Assembly (NCBI GenBank): GCA_051362555.1
Contig: CM120646.1
Span: forward strand, 15,004,001-15,068,000
DNA length: 64,000 nt
DNA from: Lingula anatina
Taxonomy: Eukaryota > Animalia > Brachiopoda
Direction: 5' to 3'
Shown here: one piece after another, positions 24,658 through 37,664 of the stretch
Layout: every line of letters starts with the position of its first letter
Numbering within the stretch: position 1 is the stretch's first letter
Position numbers and translations under genes: made by a program
The notes under the pieces: model-generated
Told to the model about the DNA's origin: nothing
Seen by the model: only the letters and a program-made list of their open reading frames with translations
Database searches by the model: none

Positions 24658-25310
24658 ATTATAGCAATTATCATTAAATTTGGAAGATCATATGCATATA
24701 TACAAATGACAGAAAAATACTCTGGTAAATATTATAAACAAGTAACAACCAGTTATATTCTGTTTTGCATTTTACTAATTAACAAGGATGAATAATACAC
24801 CACTGAAATTCATCTGAATTTGCTTATTTTTATCCACAGACAGGATCACGCTAATAAATCAAGGACTGCATAAAACATGAAATTTGGCCATCTCTTGAAC
24901 TGTTCTGAATAGACTAAAATAACATATATATATACATCTTATGACCAGTTTATTTGAGAGCACTATTTACAGAAACTACAAAATTTCTTGTTCATTAAAT
25001 CTAATGACTTGATTTCCACATACTGATTCTGATAACTGTACTTCTTCTAAAAATACATCTCGCTTGGTACCCTATGTCATAAAAGAATGTGATGAAATAC
25101 TTTTATAAAGAAATAACATTACTATATTGCTTATTATCAGATTTATTCTGCCAGTGTGTAATTCAATACACTAGTGTAGAAAGTGTGCTATTACATTGCA
25201 CTTCTACCCAAAAATACCCTCTAACTGCTTGCTACAATGAGGTGATGACAGCAGAAGTTTGATTTCTGCATATTATGACAAATAATGCACTATCAAACTA
25301 CAGAAAACTG

Positions 25311-25478
25311 CAGGGGCGGATCCAGAGATAAATTCTGACAGTCTTCCAAATTATACTTGTTGATCCATCCTCCATTTTTGACCGTCTTCCGACAGACAAA
25401 ATTAGATACCCATCAATGTAAACTTGAAAATCTGATCGTCTTCCGGAGGACCCAGAAAATGGCCTCAATCCACCCCTC
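25311..25478 (+). mobile_element. Short CAGGGGCGGATCCAG-type MITE (hAT-like ends); second copy at 43723-43876
   Basis: caggggcggatccag ... aatccacccct ends; internal ttgttgatccatcctccatttt shared with 43723-43876. Confidence 0.7.
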
Positions 25479-25668
25479 AATTGTGTAATGATTTGAACAA
25501 CAGTGACCTAGATTTCAATCCTAAATGCATGTTATTATATGTACCATAACCCTGGAAAACAAAATAAATTCTAAAGCTGTCCTGAATGCTGTCTATAATA
25601 AGTACCAAAAGGGAGCTTCTATGCTAGCACAGGGTGCTGTATTTTGAGTTATTCAAAATGAGGGCTCC

Positions 25669-28392
25669 TTAACTTGCGTCCACCTTGATCTGGTCCTCAT
25701 ACAATGCTATTGTCATCATGATCCCGATACCGACCATCATCCCTGCACTCTGAATCAACAGGTGGCAGTACTGGTTCTCGTGTGTGCGTTCCTGAACATT
25801 AGCGAGTTCCGGCAACTAAAAAATAGAAGACCAGATTAGAATACAACGTGTGAGAATAGTACAGTACAAAACTCTTCATTTTTTTTTTTTAATTTTTATT
25901 CACCTTGCTTGTAAAAATATATCAACCTTTTTAGTTAATTACTAGGGGTGACTGCAGGTTCATAAGTAATGAAAAAAGAAAACAAACTGACAGGTTTATC
26001 TTGCTCTTTTTATTACAACAAGTTTGCAACATTCTAAATAATTTGAAGTGTTTGTCATAATGACAATGATCTAGTTTCAAAAATTAAGAAAGCCTTCAGA
26101 AAGTTGTATACATTTGCAACTACACATAGTAAAATAGTTTATGTGGGCCACCCCTCCCCAAAAATACATCGGAATTGAAAAAAAATTAAATATCTCAAAC
26201 TTAAAAACACATTGGCCTGTAACATTTTTTTTTTTTACATTTTTACCCAGAGGTTACATATTACTTAAATTTAAATGGGGACAAGAAGTTTTCAATAATT
26301 TTTTCATCCATCTGTTGTGTCGCTTTTTAACTCTACATTAATTTTGTAAATGCTTAATATTTATATATAAAATGCTTCATTTTATTCTTTGGTTAGCCCT
26401 AATCAACATGATTTATCATTAATTTTTGGACATAAAACTTTAGGACATTAAACCTGTTAAAGCTGTCCTGAATGCTGTCTACAGTAAGTGCCAAAAGCAA
26501 AGTTTCATGTTAGCACAGGGTACTGTTTTTGAAAATTATTCAAAATAAGGGCTTCTTAACTTGTGTCCACTTTGATATATTCTTTTGATAGTCTGCTAGA
26601 TATTTAACATTTTACAAGTTTTCATTCTCATCATTATGAGCCATAAATTCTACTGCACAGAAAATCTCATGTCAGAGCTTACTTATTCAGTTAACAGTGT
26701 AGCAGAAACCAACATCAGGTCATATGGAAAACACTGATTTGGAAATTCTAAGCTTAATGTTGTATGTATCTAGAAATGTATTCCACAATTTTATTGCAAA
26801 CACAATAAACTCTATGCTCTGTGAAAAAAAAAAGATCCTTAGAAAACAACCACAAGAGAAGTTTAGCAAACAGTCACTTTTTCAAATGAGGAGGAAATTT
26901 AAGGAGGCATGCCTCTACCCATCCCATCTCAGGCTTTGTTATACTAGCACTGTTGCAGAAAAGGGCTAGGGTAACCCAACACCCGAATCTTTAAGAAAGT
27001 TTAATGTTGTCTTTCTTCTGTTACAGACGTCAGTATCACAAAAGAACTCGCTTATATATCAGTATTATATGAACCTGCTAGGCACCTTCTTCCAGCTAAG
27101 CTGCATTTCACATATTACCTAACAAGCCAATTTTTATTCACATTTACTGGGTTTTAAATATTATTCAAATATATTAGAGCAATTTTATATACTTTAAAAT
27201 CATTATTGGTTTAAATAATAAATGTGATGAGAAAGACATGATTAGAACTCCCTGTAAAAAGAAACTCTTACTTATGTGGGAGAGGTTTTTTTTTAGTTCT
27301 TTTTCCTTTTGAAATCACTATGGAAGACCTTTACAGTGCCTAAACATCATTATGTCCATGAAGCTGAAACTTTTGTATTTTTTTCCTTTAGTTGACATAT
27401 CATAGGTCTCCTTACCCAACGTTCTGGCAGTTGTTATCCTGTAGACATTTTAGCTTATACTTCAGTCCTATACAGATGCCAAAATGTTTACAAAGCTAGT
27501 ATTGCACCTATATATAAATCAGCAATAAAATGGTGTGCTTGAAAATAGCCTCTTGCACGTGGTCCATATTAATAAAGATACTGGTACAGAACAAAGTTTT
27601 GTATGGGACATGGACATTGCAGGGACTTTTTGCTTCTCTACAGAGTGCTACTGATAAGCTGCTTGATCCATTAATGGAAAGAAGCACAGACAGACAGACA
27701 AACTAAGAAATAAACATTTTTATCTATCAACATGTTAACAACATATCCTTACCATGTCCACCAGTGCTATGTACATGAACATCCCCCCAGCCAGTGCAAA
27801 TATCCAGAGACTAGCTCCGCCCATGTTTCCGGCAGCTATACCAATCAACATGCCTATGAAACAGAGGATGGAGGACACCCCATTGTATACCAGGGCCTGC
27901 TTTACTGACATGCCAGCCCTGAGGAGCATGGCAAAGTCACCTGGGGACATACAGAAATATTGGATATACATACTTTAATATAATAATAAAAAAGCATTGT
28001 TGTGATACAAACATATTATTTATGTTAAAAAAATTGCTGTTATTTTCACAGCAATGTAAAAAATTATATTAAAAAAAATAACTAAATCTATAAAAAATAA
28101 GACCTAACAAATTTTAAACAATCAACCATTAACTTTTTTTTTTTTTATTGCCTGATTAAAAACAACACACCTGGAGAAAATCCTGTATGGTGCACATGAC
28201 CTAAGAACATGTGCACTAAATTTGCCTTGACCCTAAAGTAATGCACATCCCATGGCAGCTCATATTTCAACACTTACCTAACTCATGAGGAAGCTCATGA
28301 CAGAAGACTGCTATAGAGGTGCTCAGTCCCCCAGTCATACTGTTACCAAATGCAGCACCTGGAACACAGTTGCAGATGTTTGTTATCATAGC

Positions 28393-28464
<72 letters not shown>

Positions 28465-31400
28465 GGAGGGAGTGAGGACAAGGGGTCCCTTATGTGACTT
28501 CAAAAATTATGTGACATATGTCATTGCTGTGTTACTTTGTTTGGTAAAGAAAAGAGCATTATCCTAACATATGCTATACTTCACTAACCACAAGGTAAGC
28601 AGTTAGTGTCCTGGATAATACAGTACAGCTCCCCTCAGCCCCCACTGCTATCTTAGGCTTCATTCACATGCAATGTCTATTTTCTAAATTCTATTTTCTA
28701 TTCGCGGTATGTCTTATGATCACATTCTGTGCCCTGAATATCCCGCGGCGTTATTACTGGCAGCCCGAGCCAGTTACTATAACTGGCTTGCCCTGCCAGT
28801 AATTACGCGGCGGGATATTCAGGGCACAGACCGTGATCATAAGATAGCGCGAATAGAAAATAGATTTTTAGAAAATAGACATTCCATGTGAACAAAGCCT
28901 TAGTCCTACACTCTGAGAAAAAAAACCAAACTCTTTCTTTATGACAGAGCTTTCTTTGTCTAATGCTTTCCACAACCATAAACTTACCAATGGCTAGCCC
29001 ATCACTAAAGTTATGAAGCCCGTCTCCCATGATCACCATCCATGCCACAGATGCCACCGATGTTGGCATGCCATGATCATGCCCATGACCATGCCCATGT
29101 TTCTTGCCATGACTGTGCCCGTGGCCATGTTCTCCCTCCTTGCCTTCTCCCATCTTTGTCATCTCCAGGGATTCTTCTTCAGCTTCATTTTCTGCTGCAG
29201 CTGCCTCCATATCTTCCCACTCATATCTGGCTTCATCTGCCAGCTCCGCCATTGCTGCAAGGAGTTATAGGATTATCAATGAGTCTTTTTGTTGTTTCAC
29301 ATTTGTGTCACTTTTTTTCCTTTTATTAAAACAAATCATAGTTGAAAATCACTTAACACATGATTGTAATTTTATAAAAATGGAAAATAGTGAGCTCTAT
29401 AGATGTTGCATATATAAGGACAAAACCTAACTGCATTTTCAAAGTAAAACAATTGCTTTTTAGAGTGGTTTTATCAAACCATTTGTCATGATCCATTATA
29501 CAAAGGGCCAAAAATCTCATATCTAAAACAGCGGCTGCTTAGTTGGTTGGTTAAGCACTTTGCAAATGGTAACATAAAGTTGTAGAAAATGAACATAGTT
29601 CTATAAGTATATTCTGCCTGGGGGATGATGAGATATTTTTTCAACAGGGTGACACACTTAAGCAAATGGTAAGCCAAACACATGAAATTTAAGATCAAAC
29701 TACATGAAATGGAATAAAATCTTAATCTCTGGTGAGCATAAGGATCAACATTTTATAACACCTATTTATTTAGTAATTACAACCTCCTATTCTGAAACAA
29801 AATCAAACAAAAATGACGCAGACCAAATAAAACAGCATGTCTAGTGCTAATTCTAACTTAATTGTTTCAAGATTATTAACAAAATTGTTAGCCACTACTC
29901 CAACTGTGAAAAATGATCTCATATGAAACTGCTTGTTTACAGCTGCTATCCATAATTTAACTTCAAACTACTGTATATAAATACTGTAGCACATCATAGC
30001 AACCTGACCTAATAAAACAAAAACCAAGTTACTTAACATGCCTTTCATCATATATATGCTCACAAATATGTGACAAAACAAATGTTAAAAAATAACATCA
30101 ACACAAAAAATAACAAACAAACAATAAGCTATCAATACAGCATAACACTCAAATCAAATATTTGGGTAAATATCATTTCCAGCAAGCAGCATCGTGCAGC
30201 TATACAAAGCAGTTGAAGCTGAAAATAAGACCTCTACTTTAATAAATGATCTTGCAATTGAATTAGGGTTAAGGTTAGTTGTGTTTACACCAATGACCTT
30301 GCAAATGACATTGCAAGGTCAAAGCTGACCAAGATAAAGGTAATGGCTTTTGCAGAAGACAGGAAACAAAGCAAGCAAACATTCAGAAAGCAAAAGTAAG
30401 CATTAAGATGAATCTCATATATAAACATCTTCAATAACCTGGAGAAGATCTGCGTGTGGTCAAATTCACTTACATTATGCCAATCGACCAAAATCCATTA
30501 TGGGGAGCCATCTTTATACATGAGATTCACCCTAGTAACAAAAAGGGCTTTTGATACCATACAAGTCTAGTAAGCAACCATCAAAACTGTTATGCAAAAA
30601 ATGTCATTTTTTTCTTTTCTCTTTCTCAAAAACCAATACTTTGAACCATAATTACTCCAAAATAATACAAAGTATTTTTTATTCAAATCCAAATTAATTT
30701 TAAGAATAACTATAAATTATCATACAAATAAATTAAGCATAAGTGCCATTATATATTTGTTAAGTATGGTTGCAAACTTGATGTTACATTAACACACACT
30801 TACGACGGTGATTGGTAAAGGAGGAGTGTGGAGAATATTTATCAAAATTGACATGGACAATGCGACCGCAGTGGTCTCTCTGCCTTTGGTTCCTTATGAG
30901 TGGTTCTGCTGCACAGGAACGTTTCTGCTCTGAGAACCAAAGCACAATTAGTGTTTAGTACATGTAAGTACACACAAACACCATCTATTGGTTAATATAT
31001 CAACTACTGAAGAGCCAAATGCCTAATTACACAGTATATCTTCAAAACGGATTGCAGTATCTTATTAATAAATGCATGTCTTTGCTAAAAATATACAAAA
31101 GAGAATGTCTTTTTGACACTGTGTTGTGGTTTCAAAATGTAAATGAAAAAAGAAAAATAATGCTGCGTGGTCAAAGTCCAGGTGGCAAATGCGAAAGTGA
31201 CATCTGCTGGCAAGCAAGAGAGTTGAAAGTGCTCCGAAAAATCACATGCTCCAAGCATGAAAGACAATTAATATCCTCTGATAATTATTGCCAGAAATAC
31301 AAACAAAACTGACATATTAAACATGAAAAGTGTAAGTGAGGACAAAACACACTTCTTGTAATCTCAACCAGTACAATTATGGAAGAAGACCACATGATTC

Positions 31401-31851
31401 ATACATAACTGTCAAGGAAGAGAAAAGGAAGTCCACAAACTTATAGTAATAAAATTCCATAAGTGCCTTAAAAACAATCTAAATCACACAGCAGTAAAAC
31501 CAGTAGCACACCCTCTTACTCAGTTACATAAAATTTAAGTATGTAAGTGTTGTGTTGAAGAGAAACCAGCATCATTATTTCTACCATGAAGCCTATCCTT
31601 ATAAATTTAGGTCCACTCTTATCATTATTCAAACTAAAAACCCCTTTGAAAAAGAAGAAGACACATGTATGTCAACAGCAGTGCTCTGTAAAGTAAATGC
31701 TCTGGTTAAAGACTTACACTGAGTGGTAAACTTATTAAGTGAACCAGTCTGTGACAGTATACTTAAATAGAGACAAATAAACACCCTAGACATTGAGAAA
31801 GAGTGAGGGGATATCATTTCTACCGAATCGACTGATGTAATTATACCTTTC

Positions 31852-31897
<46 letters not shown>

Positions 31898-33664
31898 GGT
31901 TGTTAAAGCTCTCATTGCCTACCTTTGTTATGCATCATCAAAACATCTTCACAAGAATTATTTGTCCTCTTGGAATCACTCAGTGAACTGTCTTTGGCAG
32001 GTGGCCTATAACTGCGCTTGCTGACTGAACTCTCAGCCCGTGGTCGGGTCAAATAACTGAACATGCTGTCTGCTCGTGGTCGCGCTATTTCTACTGTCAG
32101 GTGATGTTCATGTGCTGGTTTGGGAACAACGGGTTCTTCACTGTCGCCTTCGACTTTCAACTCTGGTAGAGCATTCATTTCTTTCTGTTTTTTTTTTTTT
32201 AAAACAACAATTTTTTAAAAATTAGACAATATTTAGATATCATTACTTAAGAATCAAAACTGACACTTACTCATAACAAATAACAAGAGTATTTTAACAA
32301 GTAAGCGCCACAGTGAAAATGTGTAATACATCACTTCCCTCACTAGCAAATCCATGAAATTCAGTAAAATTTGATTTAAAAGTATCTTGACATTTTTCAA
32401 CTTGATACGTAAATAAAATGGCATATTTCTGAGGAAGGAGAAGACAAATATAAAGGAATCACACACCCTACCATATAATACATAAATTTCAATGTTTATA
32501 AGGTGAAAAAACACCTACATGAATGCTGTGTTAGTAAAACCTGAGCCCGATTTCCCATAGCCTATTATCAAGCCTAAGCCTGCCTACCTGTGCTAGCTCA
32601 GCCAGTCTCTCCTCCTCCATCTCTCTTCTCTTCTTCTTCTGCTTTGCTTTGTGTGAGGAATACAGACTCATCAATCTCTCACAGAGGAAGAAGAAGTAGA
32701 TGCCCAGCAGTGCCACAATGCCCTTCCAGACAGCACGATTTGGGTCCTGATTGGTGTCGGGTCCGCCATGATTATGCCCGTCATCTTGGGTCTCCATGTC
32801 GTTGCCATGGGAACCAAGGGCCTGATGAAATATGATTGCATGGTATGCATTTTGTATGTTTAAACTTAAATTTTCAACATATTTTTTTTTTGTCAAAAAG
32901 GTTGAACCTATACCTGATCAAACAATACCAGGTGTATCTTCTTCACAAAGCATTAAAATATCAATCTGAAAATTATTTTCACTGAAAAGGACAGAAACCT
33001 GAAAATTCACTGATCTAGTTATCATCTGGATGAATATAGCAGGCATTACCAGGGTATTTTTCTGTAAGAACACAATATACTTGTACAGCCCACTTACAAT
33101 CAATTCTTTCTTTCTTTTATTCTTAAATAACATTATCTTTCCATTTTTCTTTATTTTTCATTCACTTATCCATTCCTTTATTTACTTCTCTATTTATCTA
33201 TTCATTTTCTTTGTTTCTTATATTTCCATCCACTCATCTATAACTATTTAATTCTAATTAGCTTCTTATTAAACCAACTGTTAATCTATTTTGAAATTCA
33301 TTAATTTTTTGCCTCTTGTAAAAGTAATAATTATACCTACATGTGGTAAGAGATGCAGCAGGGCATCCCCTGTCAGTGAACCCACAGCCAGAGCTACCAG
33401 AAACTGCAGCAGGTGGTTGTAGAAGATCTTCTGCATCAGGGGGACAACACACACCCCCAGGAGTCCCACCAAGCTGATCACAATGACAGAGAGACTGGCA
33501 AACCCCCATACTGCAGTTAGAATAATATGAGTAGACATTATAGTTGTTGAAGCTGGAGGACATAATTGGTTTCTAGTTCCATTTCCTTTAAATTGCACTT
33601 CTTAACACATGTATGTTAAGGGGTGCTTGACATGTCTGACCAACAATAACACACATCCACCAAC

Positions 33665-33709
<45 letters not shown>

Positions 33710-33780
33710 GCCCATCAAATAAGATGCAGACTGAAGACCATAGAATATCAACTGATATATCATGTTTTACTTCTCCCAGA

Positions 33781-33827
<47 letters not shown>

Positions 33828-36800
33828 AAGACACTCACCTCTAGCTGATCTATCATCTCCAGCAATTGCTACCTTTGTCACTGAATCATTTCCATGAATG
33901 TGATCATCAAAATCTTCATAAAGCCAATAGTAGTCATCCTGTTCGTGCTTGTACTCGTGATCGTGCGCCTGAATGATCCTGTTCTGACATAGATGGCTGT
34001 CCAGCTGATAGACCAGTGCAGGACATATACGCATGAACAACGCCTCTGTAATATTGGGGGCGTCTTGGACCTTAAATGCAGCCAAGATGGCAGCAGGGGT
34101 CAGACACTGCAATAATAATCATGGATATGTTTCAGGTTAGTCTTTTGAAAATCAGCAGCAGTAACAATGACAGGTGTTGCAAGATAGGTGAAGGACATTT
34201 CCAGTATTACCCTTGGGTCTATTTCATGGTCCACCAGCAAAGTATATGCTCAGACGAGATAGTTAAAAGATATTTAAGGAGAATTACACACTCTGATTTT
34301 TTTTGGCAGACAACTTAACGAAAGATGAAGAAGCCAACAGACACATGTTAGGATAATGTTTAACTTCATTTGGCTCTGCAGAGCACCAAAACTTTTTTAG
34401 ACAGTTATTTGAGTCACAGGGTAAAGGAGGGGAGGTGACACATCCAACTTCCACCTGTATTTGTCATAAGAACACCAAAATTAAGGGTGTTCCAGCTGAA
34501 AAACAAGGTTTTAAGGACTACATGCAAGTTCCTTTTCTACATGCTTTAAGCTTTTAAGCACTGTTTTAGGCAACATTATCAAATCCTAGCCTGTTTTCAG
34601 ATTCTACCCATGCCAACTTTTTCAGTTTCAAGTCTTTCGGTTGGTACAATATAATACCCTTTATGAAAAAGTCCTATAGGATCCTATAGGAAATTGGCCT
34701 ATTTTCCTATAGGCGCCTATAAGATCTTATAGAATCCTATAGGACTTTTTCATTAGGATTTGCCAGCACCTAGGGAAACTAGCATTTGAAAATGAATAAG
34801 CTGACATGGACAGGACCTTATGGTCAGAGTATTAGTAAGACTGCTGCAACAGAAGCCACACCTGCAAGAGCAGTAAATGAAACTTTCATAAAAATATTGA
34901 ACAGTTATGTGTATGTTCAGGTGCCCTCGGCTGTCATTTGAATTGAATGAATCTAAATAGCATATTAAACAGTTTATATTATAAAACTAGTGTAGCATTT
35001 ATGGAAAAATTAAATCAAATCTGTTATTATCCTGAGCAACTAGCTCTAATACTGTAAAAATAAGAAGCTTCTCCAATAGTATAACACACACTTTTGAAAA
35101 AAGTAAAGTATTTATCTTTAGATTCATTAACTGATCAAAGTGACAGCCCAGTGTGTGTTCATGCCATGATATATAATAATTGAGCATATGGTTTCAAAAT
35201 GCAGTAATTGAGATGGCACACTGTGTTGAGATGTTCTCAGCATTCGTAGAGGGGCACTTGCCAACCAAGCATGTCTACACACACATGCACACACACACAT
35301 ACACGCACACACACACAAGAATAAAAATACACTTAGAAGATCCAACTGCAAATTTTAAGCAACATGAAATAGTTCACACACAGTGAGTGCATTGCAGTAA
35401 ATAATTATATAATGATTCTAAATTATAAAACTACCCGAAAACCCCAATATTAAGCACATTCAACTCAAAATGACCGATAAGCAGTTTACCAAAAATAAAC
35501 AAATAAAGAGACAATTTTAGGGACTGCTAGAAAAACTTCCAAAATATCATCAGACATTTATTTGAAAGAAAGTCAGAAACATGGTGTGAGAAACAATATC
35601 AAAATGCATAAGAAATAAAATAAAATGAAAATAAATCTTAACTGAGATAGCAAAGCTGCCGAGACCAAATAGCTCTCGAATGTGTTAATATTTTTCCCGG
35701 AATTAGTGTGCTTTTGAAGCCACTATTACCAAAGCACAAGCAATTCCCTTTTCATAAACTCCTGGCCAACTGAAATAATCTTACAAAGGAACACATGCAC
35801 TGCATGCATCATACAATCAAAGCAATCTTATTGCCACTTACAGAAATATTTGTAATAATTCCAATGATTGCATAGATGTCACTGTGATCATTATCATTAC
35901 TAAACTGTAGATGTCGCCACTGAACGTGATCAGACAACACAGAGAATTACCTCTTGTATAAGGTGCAGTTGTGCAGTTTGAGTAGATGGATCACCTGAGC
36001 TTACTGTAACAGGGGGCTAGAGGCAAAAAGCAAATGATACAGGGTTAGTCTAATTACTCTCTCACCAGTACTGCTGCTTTTAATTCTCCTTTAGCAGATT
36101 GTTTATTAATCTTTGCCATTTTCAAGAAAAATATCAACAGACAAAATTGATCACAAAACGTTTTTCAATTAATTCTGTTGTAAAATCTCCTTTGATGCTG
36201 CTGCACAAAAATCACAGATAAATGTCTTATTTATAGCTGATTAGCAATTAATTCTACCTAGTGCAGAAATGTTTGTCTTTTACAAGGACATTTTTCAAAA
36301 GTCAAATTACACCCATTTCCTCAATTTAAATGCAGTTGAAGCCAGTCAGGTATAGACAAATTTATTAGTTAAACTATTTCTGAGAGTTTAAAGTTAAGCT
36401 GATTCAGATTGTAATGGCAGCTCAACTGATTCTGATTAAGACTACAGAAAATAAGCTTTAATTTGATTAAGGAGAAAAAAATGCCATGATTTGATGATTT
36501 GTCCAAATAACTTCCTGCCAATGTCATATTTTCTAAAAGCTATGGAATTATAATGCCTTCAAAAGCAGCATTAGCAAGCCGATGTTTTGGAATTCCATGT
36601 AGAAAGATACCCATGCAAAATTGAAATGGCCCGATTTTGCATGGAGTACTATACAGTTCTAACTGCTCTATTTATACAACCATTCTGAGTGAACATGCTT
36701 TAAGTTTTTTTTAATGAGGTATACATGTATTATAATACTAACATACAGATGCGTACACATTTTGACTTGTTATTTTTCTCTGATAATGTCACTCTCTTTA

Positions 36801-37664
36801 CGTCTAATTCTTGCATCCTGTTGGTGAATAATATGCCAGTTAAACTCCCTTTCTCTACCAGACAATTGTGCATGCACATGCACATAAGCACGTGCACACC
36901 CACACATAAATATAACCTACCCACGACAATCCTTCAGAAGGCTGCTCGGCTGGTCCAGGCGGTGTTGTGGTGGGGGCCAGTTGGGTGTCATTTATGGCCC
37001 TGACCCTTCTGTCCACTGACCCAACTGACCTCAATTGTCTGCCTGATCGACTTCTCTCAGTGCCTTCAGTCCGTGTTGTAGTGCCGTTACGCAATGCTGG
37101 AGAACCCTCTGGCTTCCTGTTATGCACTCTGTCATGCTGCCTGTTATGCTTGTGGTTGGATTTGTGATGATGCTGGTGTTTTCGTCGTGTGGCCATGTGA
37201 TCTCTGGGCTTCTCTCTATTACCTCTTTGGTTCTCTGCAGCGACATCTCTGTCTACCTCTTCTAATTCCTTCTGAGCAACCTTTTCCAAGGTACCTCTCT
37301 TTAGTGAGGCTGACTTTAGGGAAGAAGGCACCTTCCTGGTTGTGGAAGAACCATCGTGGGTATGGTTGTGACTACTGTGCAAATTCTTAAAACCTTTGTC
37401 TGTTTGATGTGACTTTAGGTCATGGTCGATGAAAATATTACCAAGGCCCAAGTTGGCCAGGAGGTGCTCAAAGCCTTCATAAGTCAGCAAGCCATCTGTT
37501 CCATACTTGTCGAATATGCGCTTCAGGAAAATGTGCGTCTCACCATCAACATGATCAGACTGGTTATTTGCTATTTTTGTCCTGTCACACCATGCTTGTG
37601 ACAAGAAGCCTGTTAACAGGAATAAATATATACAGATCCTAGCTTGGGTATTTGTAGATTTCAT
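25669..37664 (-). CDS. SLC39A10: ZIP6/ZIP10/foi-like zinc importer (LIV-1 subfamily SLC39), about 786 aa (828 aa with cassette exon)
   Basis: Exons 37664-36921 (signal peptide, [30 protein letters not shown], His-rich ectodomain), 34106-33839 ([11 protein letters not shown] motif), 33510-33341, 32821-32588, 32184-31923, 29254-28988 (His-rich loop, [15 protein letters not shown]), 28358-28278 (CHELPHELG), 27940-27753, 25815-25669 (...[11 protein letters not shown]). Total 2361 nt, open frame, GT-AG sites. The symbol means ZIP10-like; an invertebrate gene would be co-orthologous to ZIP6/ZIP10. Confidence 0.93.
26458..26577 (-). repeat. Degenerate intronic copy of the long ZIP stop codon and proximal 3'UTR
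   Basis: About 120 bp similar to 25572-25689 (taaagctgtcctgaatgctgtcta ... cttaacttg(c/t)gtccac(c/t)ttgat). Confidence 0.8.
28656..28899. mobile_element. Palindromic MITE family B, copy 2
   Basis: Hairpin homologous to 17124-17380; TTA TSD; lies in an intron of the long ZIP gene. Confidence 0.87.
30804..30929 (-). CDS. Candidate in-frame cassette exon of the long ZIP gene (TM3-TM4 cytosolic loop)
   Basis: ttggttctcag| 126 nt |gtaagt; phase 1-1 matching the flanking exons; stop-free ([42 protein letters not shown]). Confidence 0.6.
34657..34757. mobile_element. Small hairpin/MITE built from CCTATAGG units
   Basis: atgaaaaagtcctataggatcctatagg ... ttatagaatcctataggactttttcat. Confidence 0.6.

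Noticed and set aside
29013-29430. Plus-strand His/Cys/Ser-rich ORFs
   Set aside because: Antisense shadows of the His-rich ZIP exon.
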